Of a DNA stretch of 64,000 bases, positions 1 through 10,254 are shown in pieces; within the stretch, counting starts at the first letter, position 1, and each line of letters starts with the position of its first letter. A model generated the notes under the pieces. The model searched no databases. It was not told the DNA's origin and was given only the letters and a program-made list of their open reading frames with translations. Source of the DNA: Campylobacteraceae bacterium (GTDB taxonomy: Bacteria; Campylobacterota; Campylobacteria; Campylobacterales; Sulfurovaceae); NCBI GenBank assembly GCA_027024155.1, contig JALVTE010000076.1, forward strand, positions 35,301 through 99,300, read 5' to 3'. The translations under genes were made by a program, and so were the position numbers.

Positions 1-1517
1 AGCTCTTTATATAATCTCTCACCTAAGCTTAGCTCTTCCTCTTTTTTAATATTTGATACAATTATCTCTAAATCAAAAGGTGTACTCTCTTTTGTCCAGA
101 TAGGACCTCTATCATCATGATTTTGTTCAATTATTGCAGCCAAAAGTCTTGAAATACCAATACCATAAGTTCCCATTAAAAATGGTTTAGACTTTCCATT
201 TTCATCTAAAAATTCAGCTTTCATAGGTGCAGAGTATCTATCACCTAATTGGAAAATATGCCCTACTTCTATACCTTTAGTATATTTTAATTTTCCATTT
301 TCACATCTAGCACATTTATCACCCTCTTTTACAGCAACTAAATCTTTGTACTCTAAGCCTAGCTCTACTAAATTTAATCCGACATAGTGATAATCTACTT
401 CATTCGCACCAGCTATTGTTGATATTTCACCCTTTAACTGATTATCGGCAACAAATAAAATATCTTCTGGCAAATCTTTTGGTCCCATAAATCCTGGTGT
501 TAGCCCAGCTTCTTGTAACTCTTCATCACTAATATCTATTAATTCGTTAGCATTTACTGCATTACAAGCCTTTACCTCTTGGAGTTCATCACTACCTCTA
601 ATACCAAATAATGCAATTTTTTCTACACCATCATCATAAAGTGCTTTTTTAGCTACAACTTTTAGCGTATAATATGGTTCTATTTTAAAAAATTCTGCTA
701 ACTCATCTATAGTTTTAACATTAGGAGTAAGAAATTTACCAAAATTCATCTCTGGTCTCTCATACTCGCTATTTACTTCATGTGGTGCTTTTGGATTTGC
801 TCTAACAGCTGCTTCGATATTTGCTCCATATTCACACTCTTCGCATACAACTATAGTATCTTCTCCACTATCTGCAAGTACCATAAACTCTTTGCTTCCA
901 CTTCCACCAATAGCACCGCTATCTGCTTCTACAACTCTAAAATCTAGCCCTAATCTTTTAAATATATTGCTATAAGTCTCTTCCATTTTATTAAAGCCAT
1001 CTTTTATCATAGACTCTTCATCTTTATGGAAACTATAACCATCTTTCATTAAAAATTCACGCCCACGCATTAGCCCAAATCTTGGTCTTATTTCATCTCT
1101 AAATTTGGTTTTAATTTGATATAGATTAATTGGCAACTGCTTATAACTTTTTACATAAGAGCGAACTAAGTTTACCATCATCTCTTCGTGTGTTGGACCT
1201 AATACAAACTCTGCATCTTTTCTATCTTTAAAGCGAAGTAACTCTTTACCATACTTTTCAAATCTGCCACTCTCTATCCAAAATTCGCTTGGTGTTACGA
1301 AAGCAAGTTCAACCTCTTGGCAAGCTGCTGTATCTAACTCTTCTTTAACAACTGCGTGTACTTTATCTAAAACTTTTTTACCTAATGGTAAAAAGTTATA
1401 AAGCCCCGCACCAACACTCTGTATAAAGCCACCTTTAAGTAGATATATATGACTTGGAAGCGTAGCTTCACTTGGTACATCTTTTGATGTAAATATAAAA
1501 GCTTCTGAAAATTTCAT
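1..1517 (-). CDS. proS: prolyl-tRNA synthetase (N-terminal ~505 codons; C-terminus runs off the window start)
   Basis: ATG at 1515-1517. It is absent from the ORF track because the frame is open to the window edge. Own translation: [32 protein letters not shown]...GPTHEEMMV..., which is class II ProS-like. It lies directly downstream of hemA, as in Helicobacter/Campylobacter. Confidence 0.85.
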   Translation of the reverse strand, partial: MKFSEAFIFTSKDVPSEATLPSHIYLLKGGFIQSVGAGLYNFLPLGKKVLDKVHAVVKEELDTAACQEVELAFVTPSEFWIESGRFEKYGKELLRFKDRKDAEFVLGPTHEEMMVNLVRSYVKSYKQLPINLYQIKTKFRDEIRPRFGLMRGREFLMKDGYSFHKDEESMIKDGFNKMEETYSNIFKRLGLDFRVVEADSGAIGGSGSKEFMVLADSGEDTIVVCEECEYGANIEAAVRANPKAPHEVNSEYERPEMNFGKFLTPNVKTIDELAEFFKIEPYYTLKVVAKKALYDDGVEKIALFGIRGSDELQEVKACNAVNANELIDISDEELQEAGLTPGFMGPKDLPEDILFVADNQLKGEISTIAGANEVDYHYVGLNLVELGLEYKDLVAVKEGDKCARCENGKLKYTKGIEVGHIFQLGDRYSAPMKAEFLDENGKSKPFLMGTYGIGISRLLAAIIEQNHDDRGPIWTKESTPFDLEIIVSNIKKEEELSLGERLYKE

Positions 1518-1519
1518 TA

Positions 1520-2806
1520 TTAATTATCCTTTTTATATTTTTGGGGATCAACACTATCTGTGTTTACATTAAATATCTCTTTAATTGCATTTATTGCAAC
1601 TGTACCTTCGCTCTCTTTAGATAACTCTCGCATCTTTTTTGTGGGTTTATGCAAAAATTTATCAAAGAGTTGTAGTGCCATATACTCTAAATTTTCACTA
1701 GACTCTTTTGGTAAATGCCCTTTTTTTGTTACTCTTGCCACCTCTTGCTTAACAATATCTTGAATATTTAAACGAATCTGTTTAATAACAGGCTCTACTG
1801 CTAAAGCTTGCAACCATCTTAAAAACTCTTTTTTATGTTTTTTAACAATATCTGCTGCTATAATAGCTTGCTCTCTTCTAAGTGCATGATTATTTTTAGA
1901 TATCTCTTGTAAATCATCTATATAGTAAGTTTTAATTCTATCTACATTTATGTTTTTATCGATATCTCTAGGTATCGCCATATCAAACCAGAGCCTATCC
2001 ATATTTCTCTCTTCTATCATATCGCTAGTAATTATTGGCTCTTTAGAAGAAGTAGCTGTAAATAGTAGTCTATATTTATTAATATATACAGATAATTTTT
2101 CATAGTTTCCTACTTTAACATTCTCGCCAAGCTCCTGTGCAAGCTCTTGTGCATGCTCTTTTGTTCGAGAAAGCAATAATACATCTGCTCCTGCTCTTAG
2201 CAAATGTTTAGCTGCTAATTTACCCATCTCTCCAGAGCCTATTACTACACCAACCATACCAGAGAGAGAGCTTAACTCCTCTTCGGCTTGTGCAACAGCT
2301 ACAGATGCTATAGATATTGGATGCTCTGATATATTTGTACTATTTCTAATCTCGGCAGCACATTTAACAGCATGACTAAGTAATCTATTTAGCTCTTTTC
2401 CAACTGTACCATTTTTGTAAGAAAGTCTAAAGCCCTCTCTAACTTGCCCTGTAATTTGTGCCTCTCCAACTACCATTGAATCTAATGAAGATACAACATT
2501 AAAAAAGTGTTCAACCGCCTCATTCTCTTCAAAACGAAGGGCACTTTTCTCTAACTCATAAAAATTAATACCCTTGGTTTTGCTTAAAATTCCTAAAATT
2601 GCATGATAGGTAGCAAAGTTATCTCGACTTGCGACTACTATCTCCACCCTATTACAAGTATTAACAACAAATGCCTCTAATATAAAGTCAAAATTTGTTA
2701 ATGCATTTAAAAAATCCTTAACTTCATTTTCATCTTTAAATGCAATAGACTCTCTTTGCTCTAGTGAACATTTTTTATAATTAAAACTAACAACTTGATA
2801 ATACAC
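1520..2806 (-). CDS. hemA: glutamyl-tRNA reductase
   Basis: 428 aa. Has the NTCNRVEI active-site Cys motif and the NADPH-binding VIGSGEMG motif. Confidence 0.9.
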   Translation of the reverse strand: MYYQVVSFNYKKCSLEQRESIAFKDENEVKDFLNALTNFDFILEAFVVNTCNRVEIVVASRDNFATYHAILGILSKTKGINFYELEKSALRFEENEAVEHFFNVVSSLDSMVVGEAQITGQVREGFRLSYKNGTVGKELNRLLSHAVKCAAEIRNSTNISEHPISIASVAVAQAEEELSSLSGMVGVVIGSGEMGKLAAKHLLRAGADVLLLSRTKEHAQELAQELGENVKVGNYEKLSVYINKYRLLFTATSSKEPIITSDMIEERNMDRLWFDMAIPRDIDKNINVDRIKTYYIDDLQEISKNNHALRREQAIIAADIVKKHKKEFLRWLQALAVEPVIKQIRLNIQDIVKQEVARVTKKGHLPKESSENLEYMALQLFDKFLHKPTKKMRELSKESEGTVAINAIKEIFNVNTDSVDPQKYKKDN

Positions 2807-3702
2807 TAAAAGCTCCTATCTACCATTTTTATAGCAATAGCTTCCAAACCATGTTCACCAGCTTTTTGCATAATTTCTATCGCCTCATTTATAAGTTCAA
2901 AAGCCTCTTGCTTAGCTTTTTCTATAATATTATACTCATTAAATTTAGTTATTATCCACTCTTGCTCATTTGGCTTTAATACTTTTTTATGTAAAGATTT
3001 TAACTTCATTTTATCTTTAGTATCTAAAACTTCATACAAATATATATATGGAAGTGTCGTTTTACCCTCTTTAAAATCATTAAGGGCAGGTTTACCTAAA
3101 GTTGTAGAATCCGATACAATATCTAAAATATCATCTATCATCTGAAATGCTATACCTAAGTTTCTACCATATGTTTTATATATCTCTTTAGGCTTGCCAG
3201 CCAAAATTGCAGCAGATTCAGAAGCTGCTTCTATAAGTGCGGCTGTTTTTTGATAAATCATCTCTATATAAGCTTCACGATTTGTATTAAAATGTTCACC
3301 CATATAAACATCTTTACGCTCACCAATACTTAACTGAACAACTGCATTAGATATACTTTTAGCTACAAATTTATCAATATCAATAAGTTCATAAAAGGCT
3401 TTAGAGTATAAAACATCGCCCACCATAATTGCACTTTTATTACCAAAAATAGCATTTACAGAAGCCACACCTCTTCTTGTAAAAGCATCATCTATGACAT
3501 CATCGTGTAGTAGACTTGCTGCATGTATCATCTCTACAATAGCAGCAGATTTTATTACGCTTAAACCACTACCTGCAATCTCTAGCATAAGTCTAGCTCT
3601 TAAGCGTTTACCAGCTGGTATTTTAGATACCACTTTTGCAATATCTGCTTCGTCTAAATCTAAAATATACTGTTCTATTTTTCTCTCTACTGCTTCTAGC
3701 AC
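2806..3702 (-). CDS. polyprenyl diphosphate synthase (IspB-like)
   Basis: 298 aa. Has two Asp-rich motifs, LLHDDVIDD and FQMIDDILD. Confidence 0.85.
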   Translation of the reverse strand: MLEAVERKIEQYILDLDEADIAKVVSKIPAGKRLRARLMLEIAGSGLSVIKSAAIVEMIHAASLLHDDVIDDAFTRRGVASVNAIFGNKSAIMVGDVLYSKAFYELIDIDKFVAKSISNAVVQLSIGERKDVYMGEHFNTNREAYIEMIYQKTAALIEAASESAAILAGKPKEIYKTYGRNLGIAFQMIDDILDIVSDSTTLGKPALNDFKEGKTTLPYIYLYEVLDTKDKMKLKSLHKKVLKPNEQEWIITKFNEYNIIEKAKQEAFELINEAIEIMQKAGEHGLEAIAIKMVDRSF

Positions 3703-3713
3703 TATTTTAATCC

Positions 3714-3992
3714 CTATTCACACTGTGTTACAATATTACCAACTGTCTCTAAGAATAGAGAGTTTACTCTATTTTCATACTCTTTAGGCTCTGCAACTTC
3801 AAATGTTCTAAGTTGATTTTCATACTGCTCTTCTAATCCATTTTCTTCCAATAATTTCTCTGCAAGTGCTAATCTACCAAACATCTTTTCTATTTCCATC
3901 TCTACAATGTTTTGATTTGCAGTCTTAATAATAGACATAAAGTTATCTTTCGGAGTCGTACTCATAAAATCATCATCGTCAAATATATTCAT
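3714..3992 (-). CDS. hypothetical small acidic protein
   Basis: 92-aa ORF co-oriented with and tightly spaced to the operon. No family recognised. Confidence 0.4.
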   Translation of the reverse strand: MNIFDDDDFMSTTPKDNFMSIIKTANQNIVEMEIEKMFGRLALAEKLLEENGLEEQYENQLRTFEVAEPKEYENRVNSLFLETVGNIVTQCE

Positions 3993-4099
3993 AAAATATT
4001 CCTATTTTTTTTTGCATTATATCACTCAAATTATTAAGGGAAGCTCTAATAATCGACTATACTTAAATAACATCTCTCTTTTAGATACATTTTGCAACG

Positions 4100-4696
4100 C
4101 TAATAATCCATCCCTTCTCTTGCATTTGCCAATGTTAAAGCAAAGTGTACATTAACATTATGTTTTTTTAGGACTCTATGAGCTTGTTCTAGTGTAGTTC
4201 CAGTAGTTGTAGTATCATCTACAATTATTGCATCTATATTTTCTGGACCATTATATATAAAATCTCTAGGATTTTCTAATCTAAATTCTAATGATTGCCC
4301 TGCATATTGTACTCTATTTTTCGCTTTTAATGCATTATGTAATGCAATAGCTTTTTTATTTTTTTTTGTAGAATAATGTGTTAAAAGTGCTACATTAGAG
4401 TAACCTCTATCTACATTTTCATCTACACCAATTACATACAGTTTATCACAATCTATATTCTCTACATATGCCTTTAAAAATGGAGCAAAATACTTTTTAG
4501 CTAAGAATTTATATATTCTATAGCCACTAGATATATATTTACTTTTTACAAATTCTACAATTAAATAGTAATCAAAAAAGCTGACTACATCTAAATTCCC
4601 AATCTCTTTTTCTATCATTTCAGGAGTTAAAAAGTCTTTTTGACACTCTTTACAAATAGGTTCAATAGATAATCTATCACAACTAAAACAACGCAT
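4100..4696 (-). CDS. ComF family phosphoribosyltransferase-domain protein
   Basis: 198 aa. Has N-terminal Cys pairs (CFSC...CKEC) and the PRTase motif IIVDDTTTTGTT. Confidence 0.75.
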   Translation of the reverse strand: MRCFSCDRLSIEPICKECQKDFLTPEMIEKEIGNLDVVSFFDYYLIVEFVKSKYISSGYRIYKFLAKKYFAPFLKAYVENIDCDKLYVIGVDENVDRGYSNVALLTHYSTKKNKKAIALHNALKAKNRVQYAGQSLEFRLENPRDFIYNGPENIDAIIVDDTTTTGTTLEQAHRVLKKHNVNVHFALTLANAREGMDY

Positions 4697-4798
4697 TACT
4701 CTCCAAATTTATCTTTTTTTAAAAATATTGTGTTATATTTTGCCAAAATTAATAGCTTTGTTGAAATTTTAACAAATCCAACATAAAGGTAAAAAAGA

Positions 4799-5089
4799 AT
4801 GATACCATTTTCAGATGAAGATTTATATATAGCAACAAAAAATTACCTCCCAAAAATAGAAGAGTATGTAAAATCCCATGAAGGGACAATGAAGCTTTTG
4901 GGAGTCAAGGATGGAGTAATATATGTAGAGTTGGGTGGAACATGTAATGGCTGTTCTATGAGCGTAATGACAACTAAAATGGTTGTACAAAAAAAACTTA
5001 GAGAGTTAATACATCCAGAAATAAATGTAGAGAGTATATTTCCAGGACAAGAAGATACTTTACCAGAGGGCATATACAAAGCTAGCTAA
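4799..5089 (+). CDS. NifU/Nfu-like Fe-S scaffold domain protein
   Basis: 96 aa. Has the GGTCNGCSMS motif of the NifU C-terminal domain. Confidence 0.75.
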   Translation: MIPFSDEDLYIATKNYLPKIEEYVKSHEGTMKLLGVKDGVIYVELGGTCNGCSMSVMTTKMVVQKKLRELIHPEINVESIFPGQEDTLPEGIYKAS

Positions 5090-6027
5090 CGAGTTGTAAA
5101 ACTCCAGCTAACTTTTTTAAGTTTTCCATTTATAATAGTTTGTAAAAACACTCTATACTTAGTATGATGTTTAAGTTTTTGTAGTGGCAATAAGACAAAA
5201 CTATTTTTTTTAAGTTTTTTTCTCCTATCATTTCTAAAAGTAACAATTTTACTTGGCACTACTCTATTTTTAACTTTTAATTCAAAGTTTTTTATAAACA
5301 CTTGCTTATAGTAATAATTATTAAAAATAATACTAATAGGCAAACCACAATTTCTCTTATAAGTAAACTTTGGTCTCTCGTTAGCTAACGATACAGCAAC
5401 ATCTTTTTGTTTGCTATATGGATAAATAATTATATCTTTAGAGTAACTATTGGTTTTATTAAGTACATTTTTAAATATATTTAATGGTATCTCTTTATAC
5501 CTATTTTTACATAAGTTTTGCATTGCAGAACCTTTTATCAAAAAACTCTTTTTACATAAAGAACTTATTTTACTATTACCCATATCGTATACATAAATAT
5601 TATCAAACTTAGCAAATCCTATACTATCTATTTTTGTCTCCAAAAAAGCTAATCTATGATAAACAGTAGCCATAATTTTATCTATAGAAGCATTATAACT
5701 TCTTTCACCAAACGAGATATTCTCTACAACAGCCTTAGAGCCAAAACCAGCATTTATTATTCTATCCCAAGGCATTGCTCCAAAAAAATTTATTTTGTTT
5801 CTGTTTTCACTATGCCCAAATTCACGATTTGTTTCTAAATAAATTGCATGTTTTTTTGCTGAAAAAGATAGTATTTTACTATATTTTAAGGGGCTCGCCC
5901 CACTATGTACCCTAATAGAATTGATATAATTTAACACATTAGCTACACTAACACTAATAATAAATAAACTTAAAATAAATGCTCTCTTCATTTTGCTTAA
6001 TTCCATTTTTTTATATATTATATGCAA
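5086..6027 (-). CDS. secreted CAP/SCP-domain protein
   Basis: 313 aa. Has a hydrophobic N-terminal signal-like segment and a CAP-like block (NSIRVHSGASPL...GHSEN...VYHRLAFL). The exact start is ambiguous because there are several Met codons in the first 15. Confidence 0.5.
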   Translation of the reverse strand: MHIIYKKMELSKMKRAFILSLFIISVSVANVLNYINSIRVHSGASPLKYSKILSFSAKKHAIYLETNREFGHSENRNKINFFGAMPWDRIINAGFGSKAVVENISFGERSYNASIDKIMATVYHRLAFLETKIDSIGFAKFDNIYVYDMGNSKISSLCKKSFLIKGSAMQNLCKNRYKEIPLNIFKNVLNKTNSYSKDIIIYPYSKQKDVAVSLANERPKFTYKRNCGLPISIIFNNYYYKQVFIKNFELKVKNRVVPSKIVTFRNDRRKKLKKNSFVLLPLQKLKHHTKYRVFLQTIINGKLKKVSWSFTTR

Positions 6028-6080
6028 AGATTTAATACTATATGGTAAAATATTGAGAAATAAAACAAAATAGGGTTAAT

Positions 6081-6542
6081 ATGAGCAAAATAGTTAAAAT
6101 ATCTCTTTTATCATTAGCATCTATTGCTATGTTAGTAGGTTGTAGTAATAGTAGCGATGCAATACCATCTAGTTGTCAAGATGGAATGTATTGTTACAAC
6201 AGTATAAATTTTGGTAAAAGTGAAGGTTTAGATTTTGAACAAGGTGTACGAGATGGTTGCCATACTGCAGAAGGGAATTTTAAAAAAGATTATTCTAAAT
6301 CTTCATCTTCTAAAACTTATGTAGATGGCTGGATGCTAGGAAGATCCAAATGCAAGCAGATACTCCCAAATGAAGGAACTATACAAGAAGAGATAGATAG
6401 TAAGAAAAGAGCAGAGTATCAAATTGAACAGATGAAAATGCAACAAAATATGAAAAATAGTGACTCTGAAGAGGGTATTGTCGATTCTGTTTTAAATAAT
6501 GGCAATAGTAATAGTAGCGATGCTCAAGATATAGAGTATTAA
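6081..6542 (+). CDS. putative lipoprotein
   Basis: 153 aa. Has a signal peptide ending in the lipobox LVGC. Confidence 0.55.
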   Translation: MSKIVKISLLSLASIAMLVGCSNSSDAIPSSCQDGMYCYNSINFGKSEGLDFEQGVRDGCHTAEGNFKKDYSKSSSSKTYVDGWMLGRSKCKQILPNEGTIQEEIDSKKRAEYQIEQMKMQQNMKNSDSEEGIVDSVLNNGNSNSSDAQDIEY

Positions 6543-6727
6543 ACATATCTTAAATTAGAGAAGGTTCCGTTATATACAAGTTCCTTCTCTTTCTTCTAGC
6601 AAAGAAATTATATTTTTTGTTACTTTAAATTAAAAAAAGTTTAAAAAATCTTACATTTTACTTAAATTAAACAAAATTTTCGGTATAATATATACCTTAT
6701 TTAACAACTACTAGGAGCTACATTAAT

Positions 6728-8593
6728 ATGTCTGCAACAAAAGAGAAAGATCCATTAAAAAATATAGAAAAACAGTTTAAAAGTTTAAAAAAAGGTGCTA
6801 TGGCTACTTATGAAAATGTAGCAAAAGAGTTCGACAAAGCACCAACAGCGGCACAAGCTAAAAAGATAAAATCATTAGCTAAAAAATATAATGTAGAAGT
6901 TGTTCCAGCATCTGTGTATGCTAAATTTGTAAATGACAAAAGAGAGCAAAAACTATCAGAAGAGAGAGAAGCAGCTTACGATGCAGAAGTAGAAGATGAA
7001 TTCGACATCACAAAAGATAAAGAGCTTTTAGAGTGGAGTCGTAGTGACAGCCCGGTTAGAATGTATCTTAGAGAGATGGGTAAAATTCCACTACTAACAA
7101 AAGAAGAAGAGATTGAGCTAAGCCAACAAATTGAAGATGGCGAAGATATTATTATAGATGCAATCTGTTCTGTGCCATACTTAATTGATTATATCTTAAA
7201 CTATAAAGAGCCTCTTTTAAATAGAGAAAGAAGAGTAAAAGAGTTATTCAAAAGTTTCGAAGATGCTACTGAAGATGAGGCAGAAGATGTAGTAGATGAT
7301 GCTAGCGAAGATTCAGATGAAGAGGCAGCACCCAAAATAGATAAAAGAGCAACTCAAGTAATAGAACGCTTTAAAGTTTTAGAAAAAGCTAAAAAAGAGT
7401 GGATGAAAGAGAAAGACAAATTCGATGCAATGCGAGAAGATGACTCTGTAAAAGAGGATGCACTCTTCCATCAACACTTAAAGACAGCATATAAAAAATA
7501 TCTCCTTAAAGAGGCTCTATTAAACTTAGGACCAACAAGTAAACTGATAAACGAGTTGGTAAAAGCAATAGAGACAGCACTAAAGAGTGATGACTCTTTC
7601 GATAGAGAGTTAAAAAAGTTAGAGTACAAACTACAACTATTTAACGACCAATTAAGAGCAGAACATCAAAAGATACTTGATAATATTATTAATATGGATA
7701 AAGAGGATATTGCTAACGCTGTACCAGAGGCTACAATGGTTAGCACATATGTTCAAATCAAAAAGCTTTTTGAGACAAAAGAGGCTAGTAAAAACAGCTT
7801 TAACTTAGACCCAGAAAAGTTAGAGGGTATTTTACAGCAAATTAGAATTGGTAAAAACAAGAGTGAAAAAGCAAAAATTAGAATGGCAAAATCTAACCTT
7901 AGACTTGTTGTATCTATTGCTAAAAGATACACAAACCGTGGTTTACCATTCCTAGACCTTATTCAAGAGGGTAACATAGGGCTTATGAAAGCAGTAGATA
8001 AGTTTGAGTACCAAAAAGGTTATAAATTCTCTACTTACGCTACTTGGTGGATTCGTCAGGCAATTAGTCGTGCTATTGCAGACCAAGCTAGAACAATTAG
8101 AATACCAATTCATATGATTGAAACAATCAACAGAATTAACAAAATTATTAGAAAACATCTACAAGAGAGCGGGAAAGAGCCAGACTTAGATACTATTGCT
8201 AAAGAGGTAGGTTTAAGTGTCGATAAAGTTAAAAATGTTATTAAAATCACTAAAGAACCAGTAAGTTTAGAAGCACCGGTAGGTGATGAAGATGATGGAC
8301 GCTTTGGAGACTTTATTGAAGATAAGAGTGCACTAAGCCCAACAGATGCAGTAATGAATGATGACTTAAATAACCAAATCGACGAAGTTTTAGAGCAATT
8401 AAATGAGCGTGAACAAGCAGTTGTAAGAATGAGATTTGGTTTACTAATGGATAAGAGTGATAGAACATTAGAAGAGATAGGTAAAGAGTTAAATGTAACA
8501 AGAGAGCGTGTAAGACAGATAGAGTCTTCAGCAATTAAAAAGCTTAAACACCCTAAAGTTGGTAGAAAACTTAAAAACTATATAGAAGAGTAA
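6728..8593 (+). CDS. rpoD: RNA polymerase sigma factor RpoD
   Basis: 621 aa. Has sigma-70 region 2-4 motifs: [38 protein letters not shown]. Confidence 0.95.
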   Translation: MSATKEKDPLKNIEKQFKSLKKGAMATYENVAKEFDKAPTAAQAKKIKSLAKKYNVEVVPASVYAKFVNDKREQKLSEEREAAYDAEVEDEFDITKDKELLEWSRSDSPVRMYLREMGKIPLLTKEEEIELSQQIEDGEDIIIDAICSVPYLIDYILNYKEPLLNRERRVKELFKSFEDATEDEAEDVVDDASEDSDEEAAPKIDKRATQVIERFKVLEKAKKEWMKEKDKFDAMREDDSVKEDALFHQHLKTAYKKYLLKEALLNLGPTSKLINELVKAIETALKSDDSFDRELKKLEYKLQLFNDQLRAEHQKILDNIINMDKEDIANAVPEATMVSTYVQIKKLFETKEASKNSFNLDPEKLEGILQQIRIGKNKSEKAKIRMAKSNLRLVVSIAKRYTNRGLPFLDLIQEGNIGLMKAVDKFEYQKGYKFSTYATWWIRQAISRAIADQARTIRIPIHMIETINRINKIIRKHLQESGKEPDLDTIAKEVGLSVDKVKNVIKITKEPVSLEAPVGDEDDGRFGDFIEDKSALSPTDAVMNDDLNNQIDEVLEQLNEREQAVVRMRFGLLMDKSDRTLEEIGKELNVTRERVRQIESSAIKKLKHPKVGRKLKNYIEE

Positions 8594-8595
8594 AA

Positions 8596-9345
8596 ATGGA
8601 TAATCCAAACTTTTATGCTCTAATTATAGGTACCGAAATACTAAATGGCAGACGACAAGATAGCCATTTTAACTTTTTACGAGACACTCTAAAGAGTCGA
8701 AATTTAAAATTTGCTGGCTCTTTTATTATAGATGATACGCCAGAGATTATTGCTTCTACAATCTCTTACATCTCTACTCTTCCAAACTCTGTACTATTTA
8801 GTTTTGGCGGAATTGGCTCAACACCAGACGACCATACTAGATTAGCAGCAGCAAAAGCTTTAAAAGATGGCAAACTCTATCCAAACAGAGAGTTTGAAAA
8901 ATTAATAATAGAGCGTTTAGGTGACAAAGCTTACCCACACCCAATAAATATGGCAAAACTTCCACTTGGAGCAAAGCTACTACCAAATGTAGTAAATAAA
9001 ATGCCGGGTTTTAGCTTGGATGATAGATACTTTTTTATGCCTGGCTTTCCAGAGATGAGCCACCCTATGGTAGAGTATGCACTAGATAAATATTTTAAAG
9101 ATAGTGGTAAAGAAGAGTATAGATACACACTAACAGCACTATGCAGAGAGAATGAGTTTATAGAACTTATGCAAAACAGTCCAGAGGGTGTAGAGGTTTC
9201 ATCTCTGCCAAAACTGTACAGCGATGGACCTCGTGCAACTATTTCAGTTGCCTCTTACGATGAGCAAAAAGCAAAAGATGAGTTTGCTAAATATATAGAG
9301 TTCTTAGAGAAAAATCAAATTAGCTACGGCATTGGAGAAGAGTAA
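8596..9345 (+). CDS. CinA-like / molybdopterin-binding (MoCF) domain protein
   Basis: 249 aa. Has the IIGTEILNGRRQDSH and GGIGSTPDD patterns of the CinA N-terminal domain. Confidence 0.65.
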   Translation: MDNPNFYALIIGTEILNGRRQDSHFNFLRDTLKSRNLKFAGSFIIDDTPEIIASTISYISTLPNSVLFSFGGIGSTPDDHTRLAAAKALKDGKLYPNREFEKLIIERLGDKAYPHPINMAKLPLGAKLLPNVVNKMPGFSLDDRYFFMPGFPEMSHPMVEYALDKYFKDSGKEEYRYTLTALCRENEFIELMQNSPEGVEVSSLPKLYSDGPRATISVASYDEQKAKDEFAKYIEFLEKNQISYGIGEE

Positions 9346-10031
9346 TAGAGTTACAACTTCAAAATACCACTCTTGCTATTTCTATTGTCAGAAAACCTAT
9401 AAAACACTTCTATTATCAAATTAAAGAAGACTCAATAGAAGTAAAGTGCAACAGCAGTTTCTCAAACAAAAATATTTTAAATATACTAAAACAAAATATT
9501 AAAAAAATAGAAAAAGCCCACAATAAATTTGCACAAAATAACACCATTAAAGAAGAACTTTTAGAGCTACTTTATCGAGGTGAAAAAATAGAGATAGTAG
9601 AGAGTGTTAATCAAAATTTTAAACAGCAAAGAGCTGAAATAAAAGATAATAAACTAATTTTAGAACTTTATAAACCACTAACAAACGAGAGCAAAGAGAT
9701 AATAAGAGAGTTTATATACAGACAGCACGCCCCTACTCTATTTTTAGACAGAGTTAATCACTTCTCTAATATAATGAATTTAAAACCCAAAAAAGTTAGC
9801 TTTCGAAAAGCAAAAACAAGATGGGGGAGTTGCTCTTCTGTCAATAATATCTCTCTAAATATAGCCTTAACTGCCCTACCCCAAACACTAAGCGATTACA
9901 TTATAATACACGAATTAGCCCATATAAAACATAAAAACCACTCCAAAGACTTTTGGAATTGTGTCTCACAATACTACCCAAATTATCAAGAAGCAAGAAA
10001 TGAGTTAAAAAGTTATTCAACAATAATATAA
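9345..10031 (+). CDS. YgjP-like M48/DUF45 metallopeptidase, probably initiating at a non-canonical ATA
   Basis: The ORF track gives only 9774..10031 (WGSC...HELAHIKHKNHSKDFW). The same frame is open back to 9324 with no ATG, GTG or TTG. A GGAG at 9334-9337 lies 7 nt before an ATA at 9345. The extended product of ~228 aa matches the usual family length. Confidence 0.55.
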   Translation: MELQLQNTTLAISIVRKPIKHFYYQIKEDSIEVKCNSSFSNKNILNILKQNIKKIEKAHNKFAQNNTIKEELLELLYRGEKIEIVESVNQNFKQQRAEIKDNKLILELYKPLTNESKEIIREFIYRQHAPTLFLDRVNHFSNIMNLKPKKVSFRKAKTRWGSCSSVNNISLNIALTALPQTLSDYIIIHELAHIKHKNHSKDFWNCVSQYYPNYQEARNELKSYSTII

Positions 10032-10067
10032 CATTTACATTCTGGATCTTCAAATATTTATCTACAC

Positions 10068-10174
10068 GTAGGGTCGATTTATCGACCAATAATTTAGATG
10101 AATACCTATTTCTTGGTCGGTAAACCGACCCTACGCGGTAAGTGTTTTGTAGTGTGCGGTATCTATACCGCACC
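10068..10174. repeat. REP-like cluster: inverted pair of GTAG-hairpin units plus a third unit
   Basis: GTAGGGTCGATTTATCGACC (10068-10087) faces GGTCGGTAAACCGACCCTAC (10115-10134). A third unit, GTAG+TGTGCGGTATCTATACCGCAC, follows at about 10149-10174. Confidence 0.6.
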
Positions 10175-10209
10175 TGAAAGTATTTTTATAGCAGATATTT
10201 GTTACTTTT

Positions 10210-10236
10210 GCAAAAAAGGTAATCTCTAATTACCTT
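10210..10236 (-). terminator. rho-independent terminator after the ABC-F gene
   Basis: 8-bp stem AAGGTAAT/ATTACCTT with a 5-nt loop. On the minus strand it is followed by TTTTTTG. Confidence 0.5.
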
Positions 10237-10254
10237 GTCTTTAAAATTCAGCAA

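Noticed and set aside
4351-4367. A9/T9 homopolymer inside the ComF-family gene (and other 7-9-nt A/T runs) as possible phase-variation tracts
   Set aside because: Short A/T runs encoding Lys/Phe are common throughout this AT-rich window. No long G/C tracts of the contingency-locus type were seen.
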